A stretch of DNA of 64,000 nucleotides from Gemmatimonadota bacterium (GCA_039586365.1 JBDHKN010000032.1:9773-73772), one strand, 5' to 3'. Positions 39,193-49,010 are shown, counted from the stretch's first letter. Notes: generated from the sequence alone by a model not told the origin. Translations and numbers: made by a program.

Positions 39193-40164
39193 GTGACAAA
39201 TGAGAATAAAGAGAAGCTCGACTATGATGTCATAATCGTGGGCGCTGGTCCCGCCGGGTTGTGCGCCGGCCTGTACGCGGGGCGCGGGATGCTCAATGCG
39301 GTGATCATCGAGCGAGGCCTGCCAGGAGGGGAGTTGCTCAACACCGAACGGATAGAGGACTTCATCGGTTTTGAGAGCATCATGGGTCGGGACCTCGCAC
39401 AGAAGATGGCGGACCATGCCAAGAAATTCGGTGCCCAGATCGTGACCGACACAGTATATACAATCGCGAAGCTGGACAGCGGTGATTTCGAGGTCACTAC
39501 AGCGCAGGGCAAGAAATATCATGCGCCAGCGGTGATCCTCACGGCTGGGGGAACTCCCGTAAAGCTCAACGTCCCGGGGGAGCAGGAACTCGCTGGCAAA
39601 GGGGTCTCCTACTGCGCCGTATGTGACGGAGCGTTCTTCAGGGACGAGACCATTGCCGTGGTCGGAGGTGGTGACGCGGCAGCTGAAGAGGCCGACTATC
39701 TGACGAAGTATGCCGCAAAGGTGTACATCGTGCACCGCCGCGACCAGCTGCGCGCCTCCCAGATTCTGCAGAATCGAGTGTTCAACAATCCCAAGATCGA
39801 GTTGATTTGGAACAAAGTGGTTGAGGAGATCGAGGGTGACGGGCGAGGAGTCAGTAGACTCAGGTTGAATGACACCGTGACCGGGGAAGTTTCCACACTA
39901 CCCGTTACCGGTGTATTCGTGTTTATCGGTTTCCGACCCAACAGCGATCTGATAAAGGGACACTTCGATCACGACGAGCAGGGTTATGTGAAGACAGACT
40001 GGCAGATGAGAACTTCGATCGAGGGTTTGTGGGCAGCGGGTGATCTGAGGGTGCAGTTGACTCGGCAGATTACAACAGCGGTGGGAGACGGCACCACCGC
40101 GGCAATCTCGGTCGAGAAGTTCCTTTCTGAGAGGAAGGACAAGGCAGGAACCAGTGCTACCTGA
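39193..40164 (+). CDS. trxB: Thioredoxin reductase
   Basis: GAGPAG, GVSYCAVCDG, GGGDAA.EEA, HRRD, AAGD. Confidence 0.95.
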   Translation: MTNENKEKLDYDVIIVGAGPAGLCAGLYAGRGMLNAVIIERGLPGGELLNTERIEDFIGFESIMGRDLAQKMADHAKKFGAQIVTDTVYTIAKLDSGDFEVTTAQGKKYHAPAVILTAGGTPVKLNVPGEQELAGKGVSYCAVCDGAFFRDETIAVVGGGDAAAEEADYLTKYAAKVYIVHRRDQLRASQILQNRVFNNPKIELIWNKVVEEIEGDGRGVSRLRLNDTVTGEVSTLPVTGVFVFIGFRPNSDLIKGHFDHDEQGYVKTDWQMRTSIEGLWAAGDLRVQLTRQITTAVGDGTTAAISVEKFLSERKDKAGTSAT

Positions 40165-40798
40165 GATCATCTGTCTCACCAATGGGATGTTTCAGGAGAA
40201 TTGCTACATTATCGCCGATCCTGAGACACAGGATGCGGTGATCGTGGATCCGGGTGAGGAAGAAGATCTCTTCCTCAACCGCATCTCCTACGAGAAGTTG
40301 ACGTTGCGTGCGATCTGGCTCACGCATGCGCACCTGGACCATGTACTCGGCGTGAAGCGGATGGCCGCTGAGACCGGCGTCCCGATCCATCTCCACCCGG
40401 CTGATCGTCCACTATACGACAGAGCCCAGCAGCAGGGGGCCAACTATGGAATTCAGCTCGAGACTCTTCCACCGCCCAGCTGTGAGCTGATCCACGGAGA
40501 CGAACTGTCGATCGGCCGTTGTAGCTTCGCAGTCCGTCACGTTCCCGGCCACAGTCCCGGTGGCGTCGCGTTCGTGGGTCACGGGGTGGTGATATGTGGT
40601 GATGCTCTGTTCGCAGGGTCCATTGGCCGAACCGATCTGCCGGGTGGGGATTACGCAACCCTGCTGACCAGCATACGAGAGCAGCTACTCACCCTGCCGG
40701 ACGAAACGATCGTCTATTCCGGGCATGGCCCCGCGACCACGATTGGAACTGAGCGGGAGACGAATCCGTTTCTCACTGCAGCGAATCGATTTGGATAG
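40154..40798 (+). CDS. MBL-fold metallo-hydrolase (glyoxalase II/YcbL-like)
   Basis: THAHLDH, PGHSPG, GDALF.GSIGRTD, GHG. Confidence 0.93.
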   Translation: MLPEIICLTNGMFQENCYIIADPETQDAVIVDPGEEEDLFLNRISYEKLTLRAIWLTHAHLDHVLGVKRMAAETGVPIHLHPADRPLYDRAQQQGANYGIQLETLPPPSCELIHGDELSIGRCSFAVRHVPGHSPGGVAFVGHGVVICGDALFAGSIGRTDLPGGDYATLLTSIREQLLTLPDETIVYSGHGPATTIGTERETNPFLTAANRFG

Positions 40799-40856
40799 GT
40801 ACCAATTGACAAGTGGCCAGGAGTGCCGTGAGCGGTCACCGGCAAACAGCAGGATT

Positions 40857-40888
40857 GGCTCCCGCTCTCCGCTCCCCGCTCCCGCCCC
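40857..40888. repeat. CCGCTCC-type short tandem repeat
   Basis: ctcccgctctccgctccccgctcccgcccc. Confidence 0.6.
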
Positions 40889-40918
40889 ACAATACACGTA
40901 CAACCTGCCGGAGATCTG

Positions 40919-41479
40919 ATGACTCATCCGCGCGTCCGTCCCCGTGACCCTGAAGAGGTAGCACCGGAAGTCCGCAGCATCTTCGAGGTGTTTCTGAAAG
41001 AGCGGGGGAACGTCCCCAACATGTTCCGTACAGTGGGGGCGCTGCCAAAGCACTTGACGACCATGATCACCCACTTCCGAACGGTCATGAACGAAGGTGA
41101 AGTGCCGCCGCTACTCAAGGAGCTGATCGCGATTCGGGTCTCATCGATCAATCACTGCAAGTACTGACTGGCCTCGCATACCGCCTTGGCAAGGCGACTC
41201 GGAGCAAGGGAAGAGTGGATAGCGGCAGTCCGTCCGGAGACTCCGGAGCGTGAGGATGCGGGGTCCGGTTCTGAGGAAGGATTGGAACCGGGTTGGAGGG
41301 CAGCGCTCAGGTATGCTGAGTTGGTGACGGATAGCGGACATGCAGTTGGAGACCGGGACTACGAGGGACTGTCGCAACATTGGGGTGATGCCCACATCCT
41401 CGAGATCACGTTGGTGGCTGGACTATTCAGCTACTTCAACCGGGTCAACGATGCGTTGCGAGTGGAGGTCACCAAATGA
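40919..41479 (+). CDS. AhpD/carboxymuconolactone-decarboxylase-family probable selenoprotein (CxxU, Sec at TGA 41165-41167)
   Basis: ORFs 40919-41167 and 41186-41479 share a frame. Read-through gives LKELIAIRVSSINHCKY-U-LASH...ALRYAELVT...ILEITLVAGLFSYFNRVNDAL, with the TGA at the second Cys of the family CxYCxxxH motif. Confidence 0.85.
41182..41196 (+). promoter_or_regulatory. Candidate bacterial SECIS hairpin
   Basis: CGCCTT-GGC-AAGGCG; the G-initiated apical loop starts after a 20-nt spacer from the UGA. Confidence 0.62.
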
Positions 41480-42876
41480 GCGGGACTCGAATAGAGCGGG
41501 ATCCTCTGGGAGATATGCCCGTTCCCACCGTGGCGCTGTATGGAATTCAGACGCTTCGCGCCATACGGAATTTCGCCGTATCGCAGCTGAAACCGCTGCC
41601 GGCTTTCGTGGATGGAATTGTGTGGGTCAAGAAGGCTGCGGCCCTCACACACAAATCGACTGGCAGACTGGACGCCCAGCGGGCCGACGCCATAGTGGCT
41701 GCGGCAGACGAGGTGCTGGGTGGACAGCACCGTGACCAATTCGTCGTGGACCCCTATCAGGCGGGGGCCGGCACTAGCCACAACATGAATGCCAACGAGG
41801 TGCTGGCGAACCGGGCGAACGAGATGCTGGGTGGGCAGCGCGGCAAGTACGAGCCGGTGCATCCGAACGACCATGTCAACATGGCCCAGAGCACCAACGA
41901 CTCGATACCGACTGCCATCCGGCTGGCATGTCTTGCGCAGCTCGTGAAGTTGCTGGCCAACATGCGAATCCTGGCTAACGCTTTCACCGACCGGGGTAAG
42001 GCTTTCGATGACATAGTGAAGGTTGGGCGTACTCACCTGCAGGACGCTACGCCGATCCGTCTGGGTCAGGAACTCGCTGCGTTCGGTGAATCGGTGGATC
42101 GCAGCATGCGGCGTCTCAAGACGGCATCCGATTGGCTGAGAGACCTCAACATCGGCGGCTCAGCCGTCGGGACGGGCCTCAACGTGGAGCCGGAATACCC
42201 GAGTTTGATGGTCGGGCATCTCGCAGAGATCACGGGACTCGAGTTACGAGAAAGTGAGAATAGAATCCAGCTCATGCAATCGATGGGTGACTTCGCTGCT
42301 TTCAGCGGCGTGGTTGCGAGCTATGCAGTCGACTTGGGTAAGATAGCCAGCGACATCAGACTGCTTTCGTCGGGTCCGCGGACTGGGCTGGCCGAGCTGC
42401 GGCTGCCACCGGTGCAGCCGGGGTCCAGTATCATGCCCGGCAAGGTGAATCCCAGTATCGCCGAGATGGTCAACATGGTCTGCTACCAGGCGATCGGGAA
42501 CGATCATGTAGTAGCAATGGCTGCGGAAGCGGGAGAACTTGAGCTGAACGTCATGATGCCGGTCATCGCTCATAACTTGTTGTTCACCATGGAGATACTC
42601 TCTGCCGCAAGCGTGACGCTGGCAGATCGCTGCGTGGCAGGAATGGAGGCGGACGCGGAGCAGTGTGCGTACTGGTTGGAGCGCAGCCCCGCAATAGTCA
42701 CAGCTCTCGCTCCCAGGATTGGATACGCACGTGCAGCGGAGTTGGCCAAGGAGGCGGTCGAGAGGGGGGTGACGGTGCGATCGTTGGTGGCTGAGAAAGG
42801 GCTGCTTCCACCGGAGGACATCGAGAAGGTGCTAGATCTAAGAGCGATGACGGAGATTGGGATCCCGGGACGATAG
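41476..42876 (+). CDS. aspA: Aspartate ammonia-lyase (class II fumarase superfamily)
   Basis: YGIQTLRA, QAGAGTSHNMNANEV, QSTND, GRTHLQDA, PGSSIMPGKVNP. Confidence 0.85.
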   Translation: MSGTRIERDPLGDMPVPTVALYGIQTLRAIRNFAVSQLKPLPAFVDGIVWVKKAAALTHKSTGRLDAQRADAIVAAADEVLGGQHRDQFVVDPYQAGAGTSHNMNANEVLANRANEMLGGQRGKYEPVHPNDHVNMAQSTNDSIPTAIRLACLAQLVKLLANMRILANAFTDRGKAFDDIVKVGRTHLQDATPIRLGQELAAFGESVDRSMRRLKTASDWLRDLNIGGSAVGTGLNVEPEYPSLMVGHLAEITGLELRESENRIQLMQSMGDFAAFSGVVASYAVDLGKIASDIRLLSSGPRTGLAELRLPPVQPGSSIMPGKVNPSIAEMVNMVCYQAIGNDHVVAMAAEAGELELNVMMPVIAHNLLFTMEILSAASVTLADRCVAGMEADAEQCAYWLERSPAIVTALAPRIGYARAAELAKEAVERGVTVRSLVAEKGLLPPEDIEKVLDLRAMTEIGIPGR

Positions 42877-42911
42877 CAGCGGCCTTGCTCCGGATAGCGG
42901 AGGAACTGCCT

Positions 42912-44072
42912 GTGTCAGAAGCTTCACGAGATCAACTAGCGGATCTCACTCATCAGGAACTCAGAAGGTACGCTCGCCACCTTTCGATCCCCAATATCGG
43001 TCCTGCTGGGCAGAGCAAATTGAAGGCGGCACGTGTGCTACTGATCGGAGTTGGAGGCCTGGGCTCTCCCACATCGCTCTATCTGGCCGCGGCAGGTATA
43101 GGGACCCTCGGGTTGGTGGACTTTGATGTCGTGGATGACACTAATCTCCAGCGGCAGATCATCCACGGCACCGGTGCAGTGGGTGTGTCCAAGTTGGAGT
43201 CAGCTGAGGTGCGCCTAAACGATCTCAATCCTCACGTCGCGATAGAGAAATTCGAGACGAGACTATCCTCGGAAAACGCACTTGAGATCTTCCGTCAGTT
43301 CGATCTGGTGGTCGACGGATCGGACAACTTCCCCACGCGCTACTTGGTCAACGACGCTTGTGTGTTGTCGCGCAGACCGAACGTATACGGTTCCGTCTTC
43401 AGGTTTGAAGGACAGGCATCGGTATTTGCATTGCCGCAGGGACCCTGCTATCGCTGTCTGTTCCAAGAGCCTCCACCGCCAGGCTTGGTCCCGTCCTGTG
43501 CTGAAGCTGGGATCCTAGGAGTCGTTCCGGGGATTATCGGGAGTATTCAAGCACTCGAAGTGATCAAGCTTGTCTTGGGCTGCGGTGACCCGCTCGTTGG
43601 TAGGCTGCTGCTGTTCGACGCGCTGGTGCCAAGTTTCCGCGAACTGCGACTACGCAAAGATCCCGACTGCCCGGTTTGCGGCGACCGGCCGACTGTTCGC
43701 GAACTCATAGACTACGAGTTGTTCTGCAGCGCCGGTGAGGAGCAGGATCGCCAACAACTCGAGATCTCCGCAGCTGATCTGTCTGCCAGGCTCGCTCAAG
43801 CTGACCCGCCACTCCTGGTCGATGTGCGAGAGCCTTATGAGGTTCAAATATGCAGTATTGCGGGGTCACTCCACATTCCTCTGGGCTCGCTGCGTGACCG
43901 GATCGACGAACCGGACAGCAGTCGCGAGATAGTCACGGTCTGCCACCTCGGCGTGCGATCATTCCTCGCTCTGGAGATCCTCAGGGCGGCTGGATTCCCG
44001 AGCGTCCGCAGCCTGAAGGGCGGAGTCGAGGCGTGGGCCGATCAGGTGGATCCGGCAATGGCCCGCTACTGA
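42912..44072 (+). CDS. moeB: MoeB/MoeZ adenylyltransferase with C-terminal rhodanese
   Basis: RYARH, GVGGLG, NLQRQ, DNFPTRY, CYRC, SCAEAG, CPVC, rhodanese CHLGVRS. Confidence 0.93.
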   Translation: MSEASRDQLADLTHQELRRYARHLSIPNIGPAGQSKLKAARVLLIGVGGLGSPTSLYLAAAGIGTLGLVDFDVVDDTNLQRQIIHGTGAVGVSKLESAEVRLNDLNPHVAIEKFETRLSSENALEIFRQFDLVVDGSDNFPTRYLVNDACVLSRRPNVYGSVFRFEGQASVFALPQGPCYRCLFQEPPPPGLVPSCAEAGILGVVPGIIGSIQALEVIKLVLGCGDPLVGRLLLFDALVPSFRELRLRKDPDCPVCGDRPTVRELIDYELFCSAGEEQDRQQLEISAADLSARLAQADPPLLVDVREPYEVQICSIAGSLHIPLGSLRDRIDEPDSSREIVTVCHLGVRSFLALEILRAAGFPSVRSLKGGVEAWADQVDPAMARY

Positions 44073-44077
44073 GGGCG

Positions 44078-44189
44078 AAAGGCGGTAAAGGCAGTACATA
44101 GTGGTGAAGTCGGCAAACGCGAAGCGGCGTACCGACCGTCGTCAGTATGCCGCTTGCCAAACCGCCTTCGACCGCCCTTTACCGCCTTT
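44078..44189. repeat. Long inverted repeat of GGCGGTAAA-type units between convergent moeB and tRNA
   Basis: Perfect 14-bp IR AAAGGCGGTAAAGG (44078-44091) / CCTTTACCGCCTTT (44176-44189), inner arms AAGCGGCGTAC / GTATGCCGCTT, ACCGCC at 10-nt period. Confidence 0.75.
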
Positions 44190-44196
44190 TCACCAG

Positions 44197-44280
44197 TGCC
44201 GAAGGGGGGATTCGAACCCCCACGGGCATATGCCCACTGCGCCCTGAACGCAGCGCGTCTACCAGTTCCACCACTTCGGC
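44197..44280 (-). tRNA. tRNA-Leu(CAG), CCA not encoded
   Basis: Acceptor GCCGAAG/CTTCGGC+A, D-loop ACTGGTAGAC, anticodon arm CTGCG-TTCAGGG-CGCAG, long variable arm, GGTTCGAATCC. Confidence 0.96.
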
Positions 44281-44382
44281 AGGAACTTACTGTACTGCCG
44301 GCGTATAATAGACGGCAGGATGAAGGCACGTCAAGGCTTAGCTTGACCGCCCGGAAGTGGTTTTCTATCTTGGACTTAGCTT

Positions 44383-44862
44383 GTGTCGCAGAGTTCTGAA
44401 ACGGAGGCTCCACTACGCCAGGTGGTAGCCTCCAATCGCAAGGCTCGTCACGACTACCACATCGAAGCGACGTGGGAAGCGGGCTTGGTGCTGACGGGGA
44501 CCGAGATCAAATCGGTTCGTGCCGGGAAGGTCAGCTTGAAAGGTGCCTACGGGGTGATACGAAAGGGAGAGCTTTGGTTGGAGGGAGTCAACATAGCCGC
44601 ATACGACTCAGCCGGGTACACCAATCACGATCCCGAGCGTCCGCGCAAGCTCCTGATGCATCGCCGCGAGATCCGACGTTTGATTGGCGCTCTGGAGCAA
44701 CGCGGTCTCACTCTCATTCCTCTCGAAATGCATCTCTCGGGGGGGTGGGCCAAGGTCACGGTGGCGCTATGTCGGGGCAAGAAGCTCCACGACAAGAGGG
44801 AAGACATCAAGCGGCGTGATGCGGACAGGGAAGCGGCACGCGCGATGGGACGCCGACGGTGA
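44383..44862 (+). CDS. smpB: SsrA-binding protein
   Basis: NRKARHDY, EAGLVLTGTEIKS, RKLLMH, GKKLHDKR. Confidence 0.97.
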   Translation: MSQSSETEAPLRQVVASNRKARHDYHIEATWEAGLVLTGTEIKSVRAGKVSLKGAYGVIRKGELWLEGVNIAAYDSAGYTNHDPERPRKLLMHRREIRRLIGALEQRGLTLIPLEMHLSGGWAKVTVALCRGKKLHDKREDIKRRDADREAARAMGRRR

Positions 44863-46082
44863 GGCTGCTCTCGTTCGGACTGGTCGTTTTGTTGGGATCA
44901 TGGAGTGGACGTCCCAGTTCACCCGTTCCTGCCTCCATTGTCGTTGCTACGACGCGGGGAGAGGCTACTGTGCCGGTGTCCGCAGAGCGCGGACACCCGG
45001 CTGTGGCGGTGCCGGTGCTGGGTCGCGTCCTGCCGGTCAACGGCGCCGTCGACGGAGATTGGGCCGTGGTGGCGTTCGCGGACCAGCCGTTTCGCTTTCT
45101 CTTGGACGGCGCCGTGTTCGTTTACCAGGGTCGTGTCGTTCCCCTTGTCGGCGGAGCATACGTGGCTCGCGACACGATTTTCGTGCCGCTCCAGTGGCTC
45201 ACCGGTGTGATCCCGCGGATTTTCCATGAAGGCTATCGTTACGACCCCTATGCGGGCCGTTTCGAAGAGGCGCGTCTGACACCGGTCCTGGCAACTCCGG
45301 TTCCCCAACCCACAGCCCGCTACTCGGCGCCTAGACCGGGCAGTGCCGCTGCTCGCAGCGGTTTCCGGATGACACACAAGGTTGTCGTGGACCCGGGTCA
45401 TGGAGGGGCGGACCCAGGCAATCCCGGGCGTTATCTGCCAAGAAACGTCAAAGAGAAGCACATCACGCTCGCAATAGCCACTCGGCTGCGGGACGCCTTG
45501 GAGCGGAAAGGAATTGAGGTCGTCCTGACGCGCACTGCAGACGCAACCGTCAAGCTGGCGAATCGGGCCCCCATGTGCACTCACGAGTGCGACCTGTTCG
45601 TGAGCGTTCACGTAAACAGCCTGAATCCGACGCCGGGGTATGAGAATGTCAGCGGTCTCCAGACGTATTTCCTGAATGAGGCCCGTACAGCAGAGGCACA
45701 GCGGGTGGCACAGATGGAGAACGACGCGCTACGCTATGAGCCGGAGGAGGCGATTTCCGACGACGATCCACTGGCTTTCATCTACAAGGACTTGCACACC
45801 AACGAGTACCTCAGGGAATCGGCGTCGTTGGCGGACCTGGTTCAGGAAGCCGGTGCCAAGGTGCATCCAGGCAGGAATCGAGGTGTCTCGCAGGCACCGT
45901 TCACTGTTCTGAACGCCGCCCGCCGCCCGGCGATCTTGGTAGAGACCGGTTTCGCCACTAACCGCAGCGACGCGGCTTTCCTTTCGTCCGCGACCGGTCA
46001 GCAGCGGCTTGCGGAAGCGCTGGCCGCTGGGATCGAATTATACCTCCACCGCTACGAGGACAAGGTACTGGCTGGAAGATGA
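44859..46082 (+). CDS. N-acetylmuramoyl-L-alanine amidase (Amidase_3)
   Basis: VDPGHGGADPG, EK, FVSVHVNS, ILVETGF. Confidence 0.92.
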   Translation: MRLLSFGLVVLLGSWSGRPSSPVPASIVVATTRGEATVPVSAERGHPAVAVPVLGRVLPVNGAVDGDWAVVAFADQPFRFLLDGAVFVYQGRVVPLVGGAYVARDTIFVPLQWLTGVIPRIFHEGYRYDPYAGRFEEARLTPVLATPVPQPTARYSAPRPGSAAARSGFRMTHKVVVDPGHGGADPGNPGRYLPRNVKEKHITLAIATRLRDALERKGIEVVLTRTADATVKLANRAPMCTHECDLFVSVHVNSLNPTPGYENVSGLQTYFLNEARTAEAQRVAQMENDALRYEPEEAISDDDPLAFIYKDLHTNEYLRESASLADLVQEAGAKVHPGRNRGVSQAPFTVLNAARRPAILVETGFATNRSDAAFLSSATGQQRLAEALAAGIELYLHRYEDKVLAGR

Positions 46083-47452
46083 GGTGCCAGAGCGTCCTGT
46101 TGCTCGGAGCCTTCGCAGCGGGGGCGTTTGGGGGCTGTGCCTATTTCAATGGTCTCTACAACGCCAACCAGCTCGTCAAAGAGGCGCACAAAGCGGAACG
46201 CGAGGGCCGCATCGGGGAGGCGCACTCGTTGTGGTCACAGGCGGCTGTGAAGGCCGAGTCGGTCGCCACCCAGTACCCCAACAGCAGATACCGGGACGAT
46301 GCACTGCTACTGCAAGGCCTGGCGCTCGCTGCCAGTGAACAGTGTGTGCGAGCGATCACACCACTGAGACAAGCCATCGAGTTCACCTCTGACTCTGTCA
46401 CATTTCTCAGCGCCACGCTGCAGCTTGGGCGCTGTCACTGTGAGACTGGTGAATATGGTTCGGCAATAGAAGCACTCACTCCACTCGTGGATTATCACGA
46501 CACATTGTGGGCACAGCCGGCGAGGCTTTGGCGGGGGCGAGCGCTGCTGGCGGTAGGAGCATATGAGCTCGCGCTGGCCGACTTCGGTGCAGTGAGCGGG
46601 GTAGCTGCTGCATTTGACAAGGCCGTTGCGTTCACTCGGTTGGCACGCCCAGAATCTGCTAGGTCAGCACTCGTGGCACGAATCGAGTCAGCTTACGGCG
46701 AGCATGCGTGGCTTCAGATCCTGGATACCCTGGGCCATTCGTACCCAGATGTGGCATCATCGTTGGTTGATCTAGTCCTGCAACGGAGCGAGCTGACGCC
46801 GAGTCAGCGCGCACGGCTCCTGCTCGGCGACGGACTGCGATGGGTTGCACGCAACAGGTGGGCAGACGCCGTCAATCGATTTGAGCAGGTGCAAGCTGCC
46901 GGCTCGGATTCAACCGCGGCGCGCATTGCCAAGGTGCAGCGGATCCTGGCACGAGCGAGGATGACAGCTGATCTCGGTGAACTCGTTTGGCTGGCAGATT
47001 CGCTGGAGCAGGCGGTACTCGAGGGTGGCACTGAGACGAGTTGGGGAGAGCGTTCAGTGCTGGCTCTGCGGAGTGGCGCGGACGCTGTCGCCATGACGCG
47101 GGACGGGCAGGTCACTCAAGGTGACACAGCGACTGATCAGCGCGATCTGGAGGTGTTCTTGGTTGCAGAAGGATTACGGGACATAGTCCTAGCACCGCGC
47201 CTCGCCGCCGTTCTGTTCCGCCGGCTCCAGGTCGTATTTCCCCAGTCGGCAATCGCGCCCAAGGCGTTGATAGCCGCGGCGGTGTTGGACCCAGCCAGGT
47301 CCGATTCACTGCTGGCGGTGGCGCAAACTGAGTATCCGACCTCACCCTACACACTGGCACTGCAGGGAATAGTGGGGGACGAGTATACGGTCTTAGAAGA
47401 CTCGCTGAGAACACTGCTCGCTCGACGGCAGAGCAAACCGAGGGAACAGTGA
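46079..47452 (+). CDS. TPR-like lipoprotein, hypothetical
   Basis: Lipobox FGGC then AYFNGLYNA; helical Ala/Leu repeats; overlapping start and stop on both sides. Confidence 0.7.
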   Translation: MRCQSVLLLGAFAAGAFGGCAYFNGLYNANQLVKEAHKAEREGRIGEAHSLWSQAAVKAESVATQYPNSRYRDDALLLQGLALAASEQCVRAITPLRQAIEFTSDSVTFLSATLQLGRCHCETGEYGSAIEALTPLVDYHDTLWAQPARLWRGRALLAVGAYELALADFGAVSGVAAAFDKAVAFTRLARPESARSALVARIESAYGEHAWLQILDTLGHSYPDVASSLVDLVLQRSELTPSQRARLLLGDGLRWVARNRWADAVNRFEQVQAAGSDSTAARIAKVQRILARARMTADLGELVWLADSLEQAVLEGGTETSWGERSVLALRSGADAVAMTRDGQVTQGDTATDQRDLEVFLVAEGLRDIVLAPRLAAVLFRRLQVVFPQSAIAPKALIAAAVLDPARSDSLLAVAQTEYPTSPYTLALQGIVGDEYTVLEDSLRTLLARRQSKPREQ

Positions 47453-48333
47453 AGCTCAGAAGCGGGCCGATATCGGTATTTGACACGACCTTCCAGAACC
47501 CAATCCTACTTGCTGCAGGAACAGCGGGATTTGGCAGGGAGGTGGCCGGCGTCATTGACCTGGATCGGCTGGGTGGAATCGTGACCAAGGCAGTCAGCGT
47601 GGAACCGCGGCCTGGTCACGCGGCTCCGCGTCTGGCCGAATTCGCCGGCGGCATGATGAACGCGGTCGGACTAGCGAATCCAGGGATAGATTTCGTGGCA
47701 GAGACTGCGCTGCCCTGGTTGGAACAGCATCTGACGATAGCTCGTGTGATTGTCAACGTGGTCGGTTTGAGTGTAGAGCGCTTTGCGCAGGTGGTGGCAC
47801 GGCTTGATGAGCGCTCAGTGGTCACTGCTTTTGAGCTCAACGTCTCGTGCCCGAACACCGAAAGGGGGAACAAAGAATTCGCGACTGACATGGGCGTATT
47901 GACTGATCTAGTCAAACGGTGTCGCGGTTGCACCAGCAAGGCACTGATAGTCAAGTTGGCGCCCAATCAGCCTGATCTGGAGGGAACGGCTGAGGTTTGT
48001 GCGGCTGCCGGAGCGGACGGGTTTGCGCTGGTCAACACCATTCCGGGTACGCTGTTTCGGCTACCCGACCATGATGACCTGCCTGCTACCAGACTCGGCT
48101 TCGGTAGAGGCGGAATAAGCGGGCCCGCGCTGTTGCCGGTGGGAGTGCTCGCGACCTGTCGCGTCCATAAGAGAACGGGACTCCCCATCGTGGGGCTTGG
48201 AGGGGTCAGGACGATCGAGGATGTAGATCAGTATTTGGTGGCCGGAGCGTCTTTGGTGGGCGTCGGCACGGCCGCCATGGCCGATCCCAGGGTACCGCAC
48301 CGGCTGGCGGCGGCCTGGAGTGCACGTGGCTGA
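47449..48333 (+). CDS. pyrD: Dihydroorotate dehydrogenase, family 1 catalytic subunit
   Basis: NPILLAAGTAG, NAVGLANPG, ELNVSCPN, VKLAP, GGISG. Confidence 0.93.
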   Translation: MKLRSGPISVFDTTFQNPILLAAGTAGFGREVAGVIDLDRLGGIVTKAVSVEPRPGHAAPRLAEFAGGMMNAVGLANPGIDFVAETALPWLEQHLTIARVIVNVVGLSVERFAQVVARLDERSVVTAFELNVSCPNTERGNKEFATDMGVLTDLVKRCRGCTSKALIVKLAPNQPDLEGTAEVCAAAGADGFALVNTIPGTLFRLPDHDDLPATRLGFGRGGISGPALLPVGVLATCRVHKRTGLPIVGLGGVRTIEDVDQYLVAGASLVGVGTAAMADPRVPHRLAAAWSARG

Positions 48334-49006
48334 GCTGATTGTCGCGCTGGATCTCGAGTCCACCACCCTGGCCTTACGGCTCGTGGATGATCTACCTGGA
48401 CTCGAGTGGGCCAAGATCGGGCCGATGCTGTTCGTCCAGGATGGAACCGGATTGGTCCGGGAGCTCAAGGCGAGGGGGATCAGCGTCTTTCTTGATCTCA
48501 AGTGGCACGATATCCCCAATTCCGTGGCCGGAGCGGTCCGGTCAGCGGCTGACCTTGGGGTGGATTTGGTTACGGTGCATGCCTTGGGTGGTCCCGACAT
48601 GGTAGCGGCTGCGCGAGCGGCAAGCGGGGGCGTTAGGATCGCTGCCGTCACGGTCTTGACAGCGCACTCTGCAACGGCGTACTGGGATATCTTGGGTCGG
48701 GTGGGGTCTCAGGGACTCGGTAGTGAGGTAACCCGTCTGGCAGGCATGGCCGTCGCTGCGGGGGCGCATGCCGTGGTATCTTCTCCCTGGGAGGTGGCGG
48801 CCCTGAGGGCAGTGCTGGGACCGGAGCCATGGATTGTGGTCCCGGGAATCAGGCCGGTCGGGGCGGCTCTTGAAGACCAACAGCGAACTGCTGATCCAGC
48901 CACTGCGGTTCGGGCCGGAGCTACGCACTTGGTGGTCGGGCGCCCGATCACTCGAGCCAAATGCCCGGCTGAGGTGTACGAGGGTATCAGGAGAGAAATG
49001 AGGTGA
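48326..49006 (+). CDS. pyrF: Orotidine-5'-phosphate decarboxylase
   Basis: VALD, FLDLKWHDIPNSV, VPGIRP, DQQR, VVGRPIT. Confidence 0.96.
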   Translation: MAELIVALDLESTTLALRLVDDLPGLEWAKIGPMLFVQDGTGLVRELKARGISVFLDLKWHDIPNSVAGAVRSAADLGVDLVTVHALGGPDMVAAARAASGGVRIAAVTVLTAHSATAYWDILGRVGSQGLGSEVTRLAGMAVAAGAHAVVSSPWEVAALRAVLGPEPWIVVPGIRPVGAALEDQQRTADPATAVRAGATHLVVGRPITRAKCPAEVYEGIRREMR

Positions 49007-49010
49007 GTAG

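Noticed and set aside
44197..44280. tRNA-Sec or an integration site
   Set aside because: The anticodon is CAG with a 7-bp acceptor stem (Leu). No integrase or duplicated 3' end was seen nearby.
44066..44413. 115-aa and 81-aa ORFs over the tRNA
   Set aside because: They overlap a canonical tRNA-Leu and a repeat; spurious.
44281..44862. tmRNA next to smpB
   Set aside because: No ssrA-like termini were found in the flanks.
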